Source: Anaerolineales bacterium (GTDB taxonomy: Bacteria; Chloroflexota; Anaerolineae; Anaerolineales; E44-bin32). Taken from it: a stretch of 64,000 nucleotides of DNA. The notes beneath the pieces are model-generated. The model was not told the origin of the DNA, ran no database searches, and saw only the letters and a program-made list of their open reading frames with translations. The DNA is taken from the NCBI GenBank assembly GCA_034417075.1, contig DAOULU010000012.1, positions 211,342-275,341 on the forward strand, given 5' to 3'. How positions within the stretch are numbered: position 1 is the first letter of the stretch; every line of letters begins with the position of its first letter. The position numbers and the translations under genes are program-made. Shown here in pieces: positions 47,197 through 56,104 of the stretch.

Positions 47197-48183
47197 ATGC
47201 CTACAAATCTTCCCCCTGACTATTTCGAGGTTGAAGCGCGTTTTCGTTCTGCGAGCACGCCGGAGGAAAAGGTGGCCTGCCTCGAAGAAATGCTTACCAA
47301 GATCCCCAAACACAAGGGAACCGATAAACTTCGCGGTGATCTGCGTAAGAAATTATCCAAATTGAAATCAACTGCCCAGGCCCGAAAAACTGTGAGCCGG
47401 CAGGAATCTGCTTTTCACATCGACAAAGAAGGTGCGGGACAAATCGCTGTGATCGGACACGCCAACGTTGGCAAGTCCATGCTCGTTTCGACACTCACCA
47501 ACGCCAAACCCGAAGTCTCTGAATATCCTTTCACAACGTGGAAGCCAACCCCCGGGATGATGCGCTACGAAAACGTGCAATTCCAACTGATCGACACTCC
47601 TCCGACCAATCGTGAATTCATCGAACCCGAATTGATCGAACTCATTCGCCGGGCTGACCTTGTTCTCATCGTGGTAGACATACGTACCGATCCATTGTCA
47701 CAATTACATTCCGTTACTGATTTACTGCAGGAAAACAGAATCATCCCGGAGCATCTTTACCAAGAGGAAGCAACCGCTCAGGTCCTTTCGGCAAAACCCG
47801 TTCTCGTTCTGGCTAATAAAAACGATGATGAAGGCACGGACGAAAACGTAGAGATCTTCAAAACATTGCTCGAACAGGATTGGCCGCTTCTGCCCGTCTC
47901 TGCGAAAACGGGACGGAATCTGGACCGTTTGAAGGAGATCATCTTCGAGCGGTTGGACATCATACGCGTATATTCGAAGGCTCCTGGAAAGGAACCCGAT
48001 TATGAATCTCCGTTCATCCTCGATCGTGGGTGTACGGTGGATGAATTTTCCGGTAAAGTGCATCAAGATTTCTATAACCGGTTCAAGAGCGCGCGTGTTT
48101 GGGGCAGTGCAGAACACGACGGCATCATGGTTGGGCGTGACTATGTCTTGCAGGATGGTGACGTCGTAGAACTCCGCATCTAG
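47197..48183 (+). CDS. DRG/Obg-like GTP-binding protein with C-terminal TGS domain
   Basis: G1 GHANVGKS, G2 YPFTT, G4 NKND. C-terminal RVYSKAPGKEPDYESPFIL...VWGSAEHDGIMVGRDYVLQDGDVVELRI is a DRG-type TGS domain. Confidence 0.8.
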   Translation: MPTNLPPDYFEVEARFRSASTPEEKVACLEEMLTKIPKHKGTDKLRGDLRKKLSKLKSTAQARKTVSRQESAFHIDKEGAGQIAVIGHANVGKSMLVSTLTNAKPEVSEYPFTTWKPTPGMMRYENVQFQLIDTPPTNREFIEPELIELIRRADLVLIVVDIRTDPLSQLHSVTDLLQENRIIPEHLYQEEATAQVLSAKPVLVLANKNDDEGTDENVEIFKTLLEQDWPLLPVSAKTGRNLDRLKEIIFERLDIIRVYSKAPGKEPDYESPFILDRGCTVDEFSGKVHQDFYNRFKSARVWGSAEHDGIMVGRDYVLQDGDVVELRI

Positions 48184-48237
48184 TATTGCGCATAGCCAAA
48201 ACAACGTGATGCTCTAGTTAAATCAAGGAAATGGGAC

Positions 48238-49020
48238 ATGAGACGTGTGCGTTTGATTCATTGGAACGACGTTGAAGCGAGAGCATGTGTGGAACGGATA
48301 CGTAAGGAAGGTTTCAAACCCGAATTCGAGATATTCTCTCGAAAAACATTGCGCAATATCCAGAAGAATGTTCCAGACGTAATCGTAATCGATTTGAGCC
48401 GGTTACCGTCCCAAGGACGCGATATCGGTTTCACGCTGCGAAAAACAAAGGCGACGAGGCACGTTCCTCTCGTATTTTGCGGGGGTTCAAAAGAGAAGGT
48501 AGAGAAAATTAGAGACCACTTACCGGATGCAGTATTCTCTTCGTGGAGCGCGGTCCGAACAGCGATCGAACAGGCCGTTGCCAATCAGCCAGAGTCGCCT
48601 GTCGTTCCCGAAAGCGTGTTCGAAGCGTATAAGGGAACTCCGCTGCCCAGGAAACTGGGGATTAAATCCAATTCGAGCATACTTCTGATTGACGCTCCAG
48701 AGGGTTTCGAACACACGCTGGAGAAGTTACCGGAAGGTGTGAGAATTCAACGGGGCGATGTATCTTCGGCGGATCTCACCCTTTGGTTTGTTCGCTCCAG
48801 AGATCGGCTCGAGCGAAGGATCGGGGAGATGCTACCTTTTTCCGTCAGCGGAGGACTTTGGATTGTCTGGCCCAAGAAATCCTCCGGTGTGAAAAGCGAC
48901 GTCACACAGAACGTTGTCCGTGATGTGGGTTTGGCAGCCGGAATGGTTGACTACAAAATTTGCTCGATCGACGCAGTCTGGTCTGGTTTGCGCTTTACGC
49001 AGAGAAAAGAAGCGGGATGA
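48238..49020 (+). CDS. hypothetical protein with receiver-like N-terminal half and DUF3052-like C-terminal half
   Basis: C-terminus LLIDAPEGFEHTLEKLPEGV...LWIVWPKKSSG resembles DUF3052. The N-terminal flavodoxin-like pattern VIVIDLSRLPSQGRD...VPLVF lacks an obvious acidic pocket. Confidence 0.55.
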   Translation: MRRVRLIHWNDVEARACVERIRKEGFKPEFEIFSRKTLRNIQKNVPDVIVIDLSRLPSQGRDIGFTLRKTKATRHVPLVFCGGSKEKVEKIRDHLPDAVFSSWSAVRTAIEQAVANQPESPVVPESVFEAYKGTPLPRKLGIKSNSSILLIDAPEGFEHTLEKLPEGVRIQRGDVSSADLTLWFVRSRDRLERRIGEMLPFSVSGGLWIVWPKKSSGVKSDVTQNVVRDVGLAAGMVDYKICSIDAVWSGLRFTQRKEAG

Positions 49021-49124
49021 AGCTATTCTGCGATGGTTTGCTGTCATGAGATCTCCAGCCTTCGAGAGATGAGGAGAGAGCGAATATAATAGTTAATGGT
49101 GTTTCAAGACAAAAGAAGGGCTTA

Positions 49125-50006
49125 ATGGGTCAGCATCAACATCAACACCCGGATACTGCCGCCGGGATGCGAACAGCGTTTATTCTCAATCTGGTGTTCA
49201 CCATCATCGAGATCGTCGGTGGGATTCTTACCAATAGCCTAGCAATCTTGTCGGATGCCATGCACGATTTAGGGGACGCTGTGTCTCTCGGGTTGGGGTG
49301 GTACTTAGAGAGCTTCTCTCAAAGAGAGAGCGACCGTCGTTATACCTATGGATACCGTCGGTTCTCACTTCTTGGCGCATTGATCAACACGATTATTCTC
49401 ATCGTTGGAGCCCTTTATATTTCAATCGAGGCGGTCCCGAGGCTGTTTGCTCCGGAAAGACCCGATGCGCAGGGCATGATCATCTTGGCCGTGGTTGGAA
49501 TCATCGTCAATGGGATCGCTGCATTTCGGCTTCGACGGGACAGCTCTTTCAATGCCAGAACGATCGGCTGGCATTTTATCGAAGATGTGCTCGGTTGGAT
49601 CGCGGTGCTTGTTGTCAGCATCATCCTCTTGTTCGCAGATCTTTATTTTCTCGATCCCTTGTTGTCGATTCTGATTTCTGTTTATGTGTTATACAACGTG
49701 ATAAGAAATTTGAGACAAACCCTCAGCCTCTTTCTTCAGGCCGTACCTGCACGATATGAAATTGAGAACATCGAAAGGCGCTTGCTTCAAATCGAGAATG
49801 TGGAGTCGATCCATCACACGCACATCTGGTCGCTGGATGGCATCAACCACGTTTTGACAACCCACGTCGTCGTCAGCAAGGACACACCAAGGGAAAGCGT
49901 GATATGTGTCAAGCAAGATATTCGCGATCTAATAAAAGAATTGAACGTCTCTCACATCACGATCGACATCGAGTACGGCGAGACGGACTGCATGATGTCG
50001 TCGTAG
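49125..50006 (+). CDS. cation diffusion facilitator (CzcD/ZitB-type) metal efflux transporter
   Basis: His-rich N-terminus, TM2 motif LSDAMHDLGDAVS, six TM segments, C-terminal cytoplasmic domain. Confidence 0.9.
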   Translation: MGQHQHQHPDTAAGMRTAFILNLVFTIIEIVGGILTNSLAILSDAMHDLGDAVSLGLGWYLESFSQRESDRRYTYGYRRFSLLGALINTIILIVGALYISIEAVPRLFAPERPDAQGMIILAVVGIIVNGIAAFRLRRDSSFNARTIGWHFIEDVLGWIAVLVVSIILLFADLYFLDPLLSILISVYVLYNVIRNLRQTLSLFLQAVPARYEIENIERRLLQIENVESIHHTHIWSLDGINHVLTTHVVVSKDTPRESVICVKQDIRDLIKELNVSHITIDIEYGETDCMMSS

Positions 50007-50108
50007 GGAGTTATCAAGTTTTAGGTGGAGATTGAATATTTGTTGTTTAGTATCATGAAGGAGAGTTGAGTTCATTGTTTCCTTCTTCTCGATCATGGAG
50101 AGTGATTG

Positions 50109-51275
50109 ATGGCTACCATTGAGTTAACGGGGATTTCCAAGAGTTACAAGCGTCGTTCTCGGAGTTTTTTCAACGGCATTTTTTCATTGAGGAACTTAGA
50201 TGATGATACGCGAGATAATCATCGATCTGCGGCTCGAAAGGATCCACGCGATGTCGATTTCGAGATAAATGATTTAAACCTGATCATCCCGGATAAAAAG
50301 ACCGTCGTCCTTTTAGGACCAAGCGGCTGCGGGAAGACGACTTTACTTCGAATTATTTCCGGGTTGACGATGCCCGATTCGGGGAGCGTGCGCTATGATG
50401 GCGTCGATGTGGAAGGAATCTCTCCCGCAGAGCGGCAGATTGGTATCGTTTTCCAGCAATACGCACTCTATCCGTCGCTCACTGCGAAACAGAACATATT
50501 GTCTTATTTCTTATTCAAGAGACAAACTCCCGAATTGACTAAAATCGCGCAGGAAAAATTCGAGCAAACCAGTCGGCTTCTGGGTGTCGAAATCGAATAT
50601 CTATTGGATCGTAAGCCCGATAACCTTTCTCATGGGGAGAAACAGAGGGTAGCCCTAGGCCGTTGTATCACGAGAGATCCAAAAGTCATTCTTCTTGATG
50701 AGCCTATTTCGAATCTCGACCAACAACTACGTTTGCGGTACCGAGTGGAATTGAAGAAGCTGCTGCGGCAGTACGGCGTGACCGCCGTTTACGTTACGCA
50801 CGATCAGCAAGAGGCAATGATGATGGCCGATTTAGTGGCAGTCATGAACATCGGCACGGTGGAGCAAGTGGCTTCCTACGACCGTATCTACCGGAATCCA
50901 GAAAACGTTTTCGTGGCCGAATTTCTAAACATGGATATGGATACACCGGCGATCAACATAATCGAAGGTGCATCGGTATCTCCGTCGATCGGAGAATACA
51001 TGGCCGGTATTCGGCCGGAAGCTTTTCTCCCGGCAGACGATACAACCTCCGAGTTCGCAGTCAAAGGCATCGTAACCGACGTTCTTGAGATGCCAGTGAA
51101 GGGGGTAAACATCGCTACGTTGCGTGTCGGAAATGACCAGATTGTTGCGCGATTTCCCCAAAACCGGTTGCTCCGAACCGATACGGAGATGTACATGGTT
51201 CCGAATGAGATCCACCTTTTCACGCGAGATACGAAAAGACGGGTCCGATCGATTCGGCCTCAACTCGATGGATAG
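50109..51275 (+). CDS. ABC transporter ATP-binding protein (MalK/UgpC-like with C-terminal regulatory domain)
   Basis: Walker A GPSGCGKTT, signature LSHGEKQRVALGR, Walker B ILLDEPISNLD, H-loop VTHD. Confidence 0.88.
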   Translation: MATIELTGISKSYKRRSRSFFNGIFSLRNLDDDTRDNHRSAARKDPRDVDFEINDLNLIIPDKKTVVLLGPSGCGKTTLLRIISGLTMPDSGSVRYDGVDVEGISPAERQIGIVFQQYALYPSLTAKQNILSYFLFKRQTPELTKIAQEKFEQTSRLLGVEIEYLLDRKPDNLSHGEKQRVALGRCITRDPKVILLDEPISNLDQQLRLRYRVELKKLLRQYGVTAVYVTHDQQEAMMMADLVAVMNIGTVEQVASYDRIYRNPENVFVAEFLNMDMDTPAINIIEGASVSPSIGEYMAGIRPEAFLPADDTTSEFAVKGIVTDVLEMPVKGVNIATLRVGNDQIVARFPQNRLLRTDTEMYMVPNEIHLFTRDTKRRVRSIRPQLDG

Positions 51276-51284
51276 GCGAAAGGC

Positions 51285-51599
51285 ATGTCAAATATTCGGC
51301 AATTTCTGTACACGATCCGACCGGCCCGGCGGGAGATGCTAACCGAAGGTTTCACGGAAGAAGAAAGCGAAATCATCGCCCGCCATTTCGAATATCTATC
51401 GGATCTGGCGGCGAAGGGTATTGTTGCATTTGCCGGCCGCACAGATACGCATGATGAACGGACTTTCGGCATCGTGGTTTTCCAAGCAACCTCCAATGAA
51501 GAGGCAGTAGAGATTATGCGGTCGGATCCCGCTGTTGCGGAAGGCGTCATGGATCCAGAATTATTTCCATTTCGCCTCGCAGTCCGCGCCTCGAATTAA
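51285..51599 (+). CDS. YciI-family protein
   Basis: 104 aa. EEESEIIARHFEYLSDLAAKGIVAFAGR...SDPAVAEGV fits the YciI-like pattern. Confidence 0.7.
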   Translation: MSNIRQFLYTIRPARREMLTEGFTEEESEIIARHFEYLSDLAAKGIVAFAGRTDTHDERTFGIVVFQATSNEEAVEIMRSDPAVAEGVMDPELFPFRLAVRASN

Positions 51600-51715
51600 G
51601 ACGCAACACCAATCTGAGATTCCACGATCATCTCGTTGTGAATTTGCAATTTCACATATACACTACCGTCAGGAGCTGCCTAACGAAACAGCACTCCATT
51701 TGATCGAGGTGCGTC

Positions 51716-52075
51716 ATGGAAGAGATTAGCTATAAAGTAATCAGCTACGTCGTTGAATTTTTTGGTGACAGTGAAACCGCAGAGGATCAGGATTTGCGTG
51801 CACAGATCATGCTTTTCGGTGATGATGTCAAAGGTGTTGCGGCGGAATTGCGTTTTTACCAACCGCAAAAGCTTTGGACAAAGAAGGATTCGCTGCGTAC
51901 TCCTTCGAGTCCCAAGCCAACTCTTGTTTGTCATTTGTCCACGGACGAAATTGTGTCTGTTCTCGATACCCTTCGTAATGAAAAACCGATATACATCGCT
52001 TGGTCGCCCAAGGAAGAACGTGTCTCGCTGCGAACGTACCTCGAACCGGTAGGGGAGGACGAAGGAAACGGGTAG
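51716..52075 (+). CDS. hypothetical protein
   Basis: 119-aa ORF on the same strand as its neighbours. No recognisable motif. Confidence 0.4.
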   Translation: MEEISYKVISYVVEFFGDSETAEDQDLRAQIMLFGDDVKGVAAELRFYQPQKLWTKKDSLRTPSSPKPTLVCHLSTDEIVSVLDTLRNEKPIYIAWSPKEERVSLRTYLEPVGEDEGNG

Positions 52076-52093
52076 CTGACGTTCCTAAAAGTT

Positions 52094-52672
52094 ATGTTGA
52101 GTAGAAAAATGATCGATAGCATCAACCCAGCATTGGTGGCGAAAATCCTCGAAAGCTACACTCTGCCGACCTTCGGTACACACGGGATTCGGCACTGGGC
52201 ACGTGTGTATGAAAACGGCATGAGATTGGGGAAGGAAAACGAGGCCAATTTAACGGTCGTGGGTTTGTTCGCAGTCTTTCACGACTCTCGTCGGGAAAAC
52301 GAAGGTGTCGATTTGGGTCACGGCAAGCGTGCTGCGGAATTCATGCGTACCTTGTGGGGATCCTGGTTCGAGATTTCGGATGATGAATTCGCATTACTTT
52401 ACACTGCATGCGCCCATCACACCGATGAACAAACGCATAAAAACATCTCCGTGCAAACGTGCTATGACGCAGATCGGCTGGATTTGGCACGAGCGGGTAT
52501 TCGTGTCGATCCGCAGCGATTGTGTACACCTGCAGCGAAGAATTCCAGGATCATCAAATGGGCAAACAAGCGCAGTTTAAACGACCATTGCCCGGATTTT
52601 GTCCACGATATATGGCTAGATTCGATAAGCAGAATTCCACCATCGAAAGATACCGGAGCGTTGGAATCCTGA
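52094..52672 (+). CDS. HD-superfamily phosphohydrolase-like protein
   Basis: His/Asp pattern HGIRHWARV...FAVFHDSRR...GHGKRAA...AHHTD...DADRLDL is consistent with an HD-type metal site. Tentative. Confidence 0.5.
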   Translation: MLSRKMIDSINPALVAKILESYTLPTFGTHGIRHWARVYENGMRLGKENEANLTVVGLFAVFHDSRRENEGVDLGHGKRAAEFMRTLWGSWFEISDDEFALLYTACAHHTDEQTHKNISVQTCYDADRLDLARAGIRVDPQRLCTPAAKNSRIIKWANKRSLNDHCPDFVHDIWLDSISRIPPSKDTGALES

Positions 52673-52688
52673 TACTCGGAGGTGTGTG

Positions 52689-53045
52689 ATGAGCTCACGA
52701 GATTCGGAGCAGGAGCGACTAAAAAGGATTCGCGACCGACAGATCCAACTTCGTGATCCCCAAAAGAAAGTCAACGATCTTCAACACTCGATCGCCGGAC
52801 GTCGTAAAAGGTCCGTTACGAGTTTCTCCTTGCGCACGATGGTGAGGGAGATGCCGAACAAGTACTTGGGCTTCGTTCTCGGCTTGACCATCGGGGTCAT
52901 CGTGTTGATCGTCGTGCCCGACTTTGTCGAGCCTCCATGGGGGGATGTCATCGGATTTGCATCGATAATATTTCTAGCGATTCTGGGTTTAATGCTCGGT
53001 CAAGCCATGGATACCCGGGATCGAATCAAGGAATGGATCGAATAG
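52689..53045 (+). CDS. small membrane protein, hypothetical
   Basis: ggagg RBS 6 nt before the ATG. Two hydrophobic segments (LGFVLGLTIGVIVLIVV, IGFASIIFLAILGLMLG). Confidence 0.45.
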   Translation: MSSRDSEQERLKRIRDRQIQLRDPQKKVNDLQHSIAGRRKRSVTSFSLRTMVREMPNKYLGFVLGLTIGVIVLIVVPDFVEPPWGDVIGFASIIFLAILGLMLGQAMDTRDRIKEWIE

Positions 53046-53148
53046 ACCGACTCGAAGTTGGTAATTTCATAACCCTGCGACATCATTATGAAGCACAGGG
53101 TTCCTGATACCGCCGAGAGAATTTGGCGCGTTCGAAGTCCATTTTAGA

Positions 53149-54516
53149 TCAGGATTCCTCACCCTTCTCCTCGACACTCATCTTTGCCTTCATCGACAAT
53201 TTCAGCGCTTGACGATACCGATTACGCACTCGATCGGCGTTTTCTTGATCACCGTTTTCCGTCAAGCGATCTGCGGTTGCCATCAATGCGGACAATACCT
53301 GCTCGTTGATTTGTCCAACGGAAGTCTGTAGAAGTTGAAGCGCTTCCTCGTCGTCTTCGATGTTGATGAGCTTCTGAGCAAAGCGGAGCTCTTCCGGGAC
53401 GGCTTCTTCGGCAATGGATTGTAATTTATCCCGAATCTCGTTGAATTTCTCAAGGGCTTTCGCGTCGTCCCTTTCTTCTGCTGCCTGGATGTTTGCTTGC
53501 AGGATTCCCAGGAAATAGTCGTCCACGACGGGCAAGGCAGCCTTTATGGCCTGATCGAGGTCTTCCGCTTGTATCAGTGATTGCAGTAAGGAAGCCGCTT
53601 GCGTAGCGCGAGCTTCCTGGACTTTGTCGATCTCCTGGCTAATTTCAAGTATGCGGTCGCGGAGTGCAGAGAGTTTCTCTTTTTGTTCTGCATCGCTCGC
53701 TTCCATGCGATCCGTTAGCAGTTGAAAAAATCCATAATCCAACGCTGGCCGCAGGAGATTGACAATGGCGAGTACGCGGTCGTCGTTTGGAGCTTGGATC
53801 AGTAAATCCAGGATGTTTTCGCGGGTCACATCCTTCCCGAGCTCGTTGATGCTTTCGATGGCTTGTTTGAATTCATTTTCTTGGGCTTGAATCCTGCGGC
53901 CAAACGTGCTTTCTTGAACGGATTTTTCGTAGCGCTGGGTAACGGCTTCTTTCGTGTCCGTATCCGTTATCGAACCAATCGCCATTGCAGCGATCTGGAA
54001 GAATGCAGAGTCCATTTCTTCGTCGTGCTCCTTTATGAACTTATCGAGATCTTCTTCACGGATTTGGATCAGCTCTTCAAAGAGGCGCATTCGAGCGCGC
54101 TGCTCTTCGATTTCTTCCTTGGAAATCCCGTCTGCTTCCAATATCCGTTCCAACATTCCCTGCATCGTGAGGGTTGTCTGGGGTTGAAAAAGGTACGCCT
54201 TTCGTTGTTCTGGCGGAAGACTATCCGTGATCTTATTGATCATCTTGCCAATCACGCGTTCTTGTTCGTCTTTGGGAATGTTGAGTTCGACGGGCATGAA
54301 CGTCAACAACAACTCCTTTTCGGGATCGTGATACACGAGCGGCGTTGCGATCTGGCCTTCGAAGCCACAGGAAGGACACCTGATGCGGTTTATACTACCG
54401 GAAAGTAATCTGGCCTTTGCGCCTGGGTCTTGGCCGACGTCGATGAGTTGTTCGATGGAGGCCGTTATCGGCGCTTTGCAGTTTGGGCATTGGATTTGAG
54501 TCATCGATTGGGTCAT
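53149..54516 (-). CDS. CpXC-domain protein with long helical C-terminal region
   Basis: N-terminus CPNCKAPI...IRCPSCGFEG (two CxxC pairs) as in CpXC domains. Confidence 0.7.
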   Translation of the reverse strand: MTQSMTQIQCPNCKAPITASIEQLIDVGQDPGAKARLLSGSINRIRCPSCGFEGQIATPLVYHDPEKELLLTFMPVELNIPKDEQERVIGKMINKITDSLPPEQRKAYLFQPQTTLTMQGMLERILEADGISKEEIEEQRARMRLFEELIQIREEDLDKFIKEHDEEMDSAFFQIAAMAIGSITDTDTKEAVTQRYEKSVQESTFGRRIQAQENEFKQAIESINELGKDVTRENILDLLIQAPNDDRVLAIVNLLRPALDYGFFQLLTDRMEASDAEQKEKLSALRDRILEISQEIDKVQEARATQAASLLQSLIQAEDLDQAIKAALPVVDDYFLGILQANIQAAEERDDAKALEKFNEIRDKLQSIAEEAVPEELRFAQKLINIEDDEEALQLLQTSVGQINEQVLSALMATADRLTENGDQENADRVRNRYRQALKLSMKAKMSVEEKGEES

Positions 54517-54538
54517 GGAAAATTATTGTCCTTTGAAA

Positions 54539-56104
54539 TTATTCTCGAGTGTGATGTCGAGGAAGTGCGAAACAGATTCTTGTACCGTGTTTATTTTCTT
54601 CGTCCACCCAGATTCGTCCCTCGTGGGCTTCGATTACCGCTTTGGCCAGGAAGAGTCCCAACCCTGCTCCCTTTGTCTTTCGCGCTGCTTCTTTCGACCG
54701 GTAGAAACGATCGAATACACGCGGTACGTCTTCTAGAGCGATCCCCGTACCTTCGTCTTGCACACAGACTACGATTTCATTTTTAAGGACTCGTCCGCTG
54801 ATTGTCACCTGGCCGCCATCGGGCGAGAATTTAACGGCGTTCGAAAGAAGATTGGTAAGGACTTGTGTCAATCGGTCTTCATCCGCATAAACCGTGGGAA
54901 AGTCGTCAGGCAATTCGACGACAAAAGTGTGCGCAGTGGATTGAGTCCCAAACCGTTTTGTCAATCTCTCGGCCAACTCCTTAATTCCCACTTCGGAAAA
55001 GTTCAAAGAGAGGGCGCCTGCCGCAAGCCGTGAGGCGTCGAGCAGGTCGTCGATCAAATCCGCCAGTCGATCGGATTCTTCTTCGATTACTGCTAAACTA
55101 TCGTGCACAATGTCTGGGTCCCATTCCGCATCTTCTCTGCGCAGGGTGCCTACATACCCCTTGATCAAGGCAACGGGTGTCCGCAATTCATGGCTGATGA
55201 TGGAGATGAAAGTGTCCTTCAATTCTTCGGCTTCCCGAAATTTGGTGATATCGCGCACGTTAGCGACGATACTCCTCAATTTCCCTTCCGGGGAGACCGT
55301 TGGCGCATAGCGGATGCCCACGCTTATCGCCTCTTTATTTTTCTTGATTAGATCCCCCTCGACATAGAGCACAGCTTGGGCCGAAAGCGGCCAACCACCG
55401 GCTTCAGCCTCTTCCAAAGACAGACCGGGCTCGCGTCGCAGCCAGCGGATGATTTCCGCGTGCGGTTTCCCGATAGTCTCTTCGGGTTCGTATCCGGTGA
55501 GACGTGCACAGGCACGATTAAAACGAACGAAGCAGAAACTCGGGTCGAGAATAAAGATGCCATCGGCCGAGGATTCGAGCACCGCATCGATGTGCTGCTT
55601 TTGCTGCGAGAGTTCCGTATATAGTCTTGCATTGTGAACTGCAATTGCGGCTTGCGAAGCAAATGCCTGCAGCAGCTTCCGATCTTCGTTAGAAAAACGA
55701 CCCGGATAGGAACGGAAGACGAAAATAACACCCACGATCTCCGAATGGGCAATCATCGGCAAACCGACGCCGGTCAACAAACCCATGCTCGTCGACGCTG
55801 TGATGCGTTGTAGCCGGCGGTTAATTTCTGGGAGTGCGAAACGTGCGGGGTCACCTTGATCGGGGATATCGGCGAGTAGGGGTTCGAGATTCTTCAGGAA
55901 TTCGGCATTAATTCCGTAAGAGGAGGCGATCCGCCAACCGCCACCTTCGTCGCGCAGCGCAATGATTCCGGCATGGCCTGCGAGAAGCTCGGCGGAAACG
56001 CGCACGATGCGTGTAAGTACACGATTGAGCTCAAGTTCCTCCGTGATGACACGGGATATCTCGAGCAGGTAATCGCGTTGGCGAACACGAAAATCAGGCA
56101 GCAT
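54539..56104 (-). CDS. sensor histidine kinase (GAF-PAS-HisKA-HATPase), cytoplasmic
   Basis: H-box FISIISHELRTPVALIKGY, N-box LSNAVKFSP, G-boxes QDEGTGI and GAGLGL. ATG directly abuts the stop of the upstream gene. Confidence 0.9.
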   Translation of the reverse strand: MLPDFRVRQRDYLLEISRVITEELELNRVLTRIVRVSAELLAGHAGIIALRDEGGGWRIASSYGINAEFLKNLEPLLADIPDQGDPARFALPEINRRLQRITASTSMGLLTGVGLPMIAHSEIVGVIFVFRSYPGRFSNEDRKLLQAFASQAAIAVHNARLYTELSQQKQHIDAVLESSADGIFILDPSFCFVRFNRACARLTGYEPEETIGKPHAEIIRWLRREPGLSLEEAEAGGWPLSAQAVLYVEGDLIKKNKEAISVGIRYAPTVSPEGKLRSIVANVRDITKFREAEELKDTFISIISHELRTPVALIKGYVGTLRREDAEWDPDIVHDSLAVIEEESDRLADLIDDLLDASRLAAGALSLNFSEVGIKELAERLTKRFGTQSTAHTFVVELPDDFPTVYADEDRLTQVLTNLLSNAVKFSPDGGQVTISGRVLKNEIVVCVQDEGTGIALEDVPRVFDRFYRSKEAARKTKGAGLGLFLAKAVIEAHEGRIWVDEENKHGTRICFALPRHHTRE

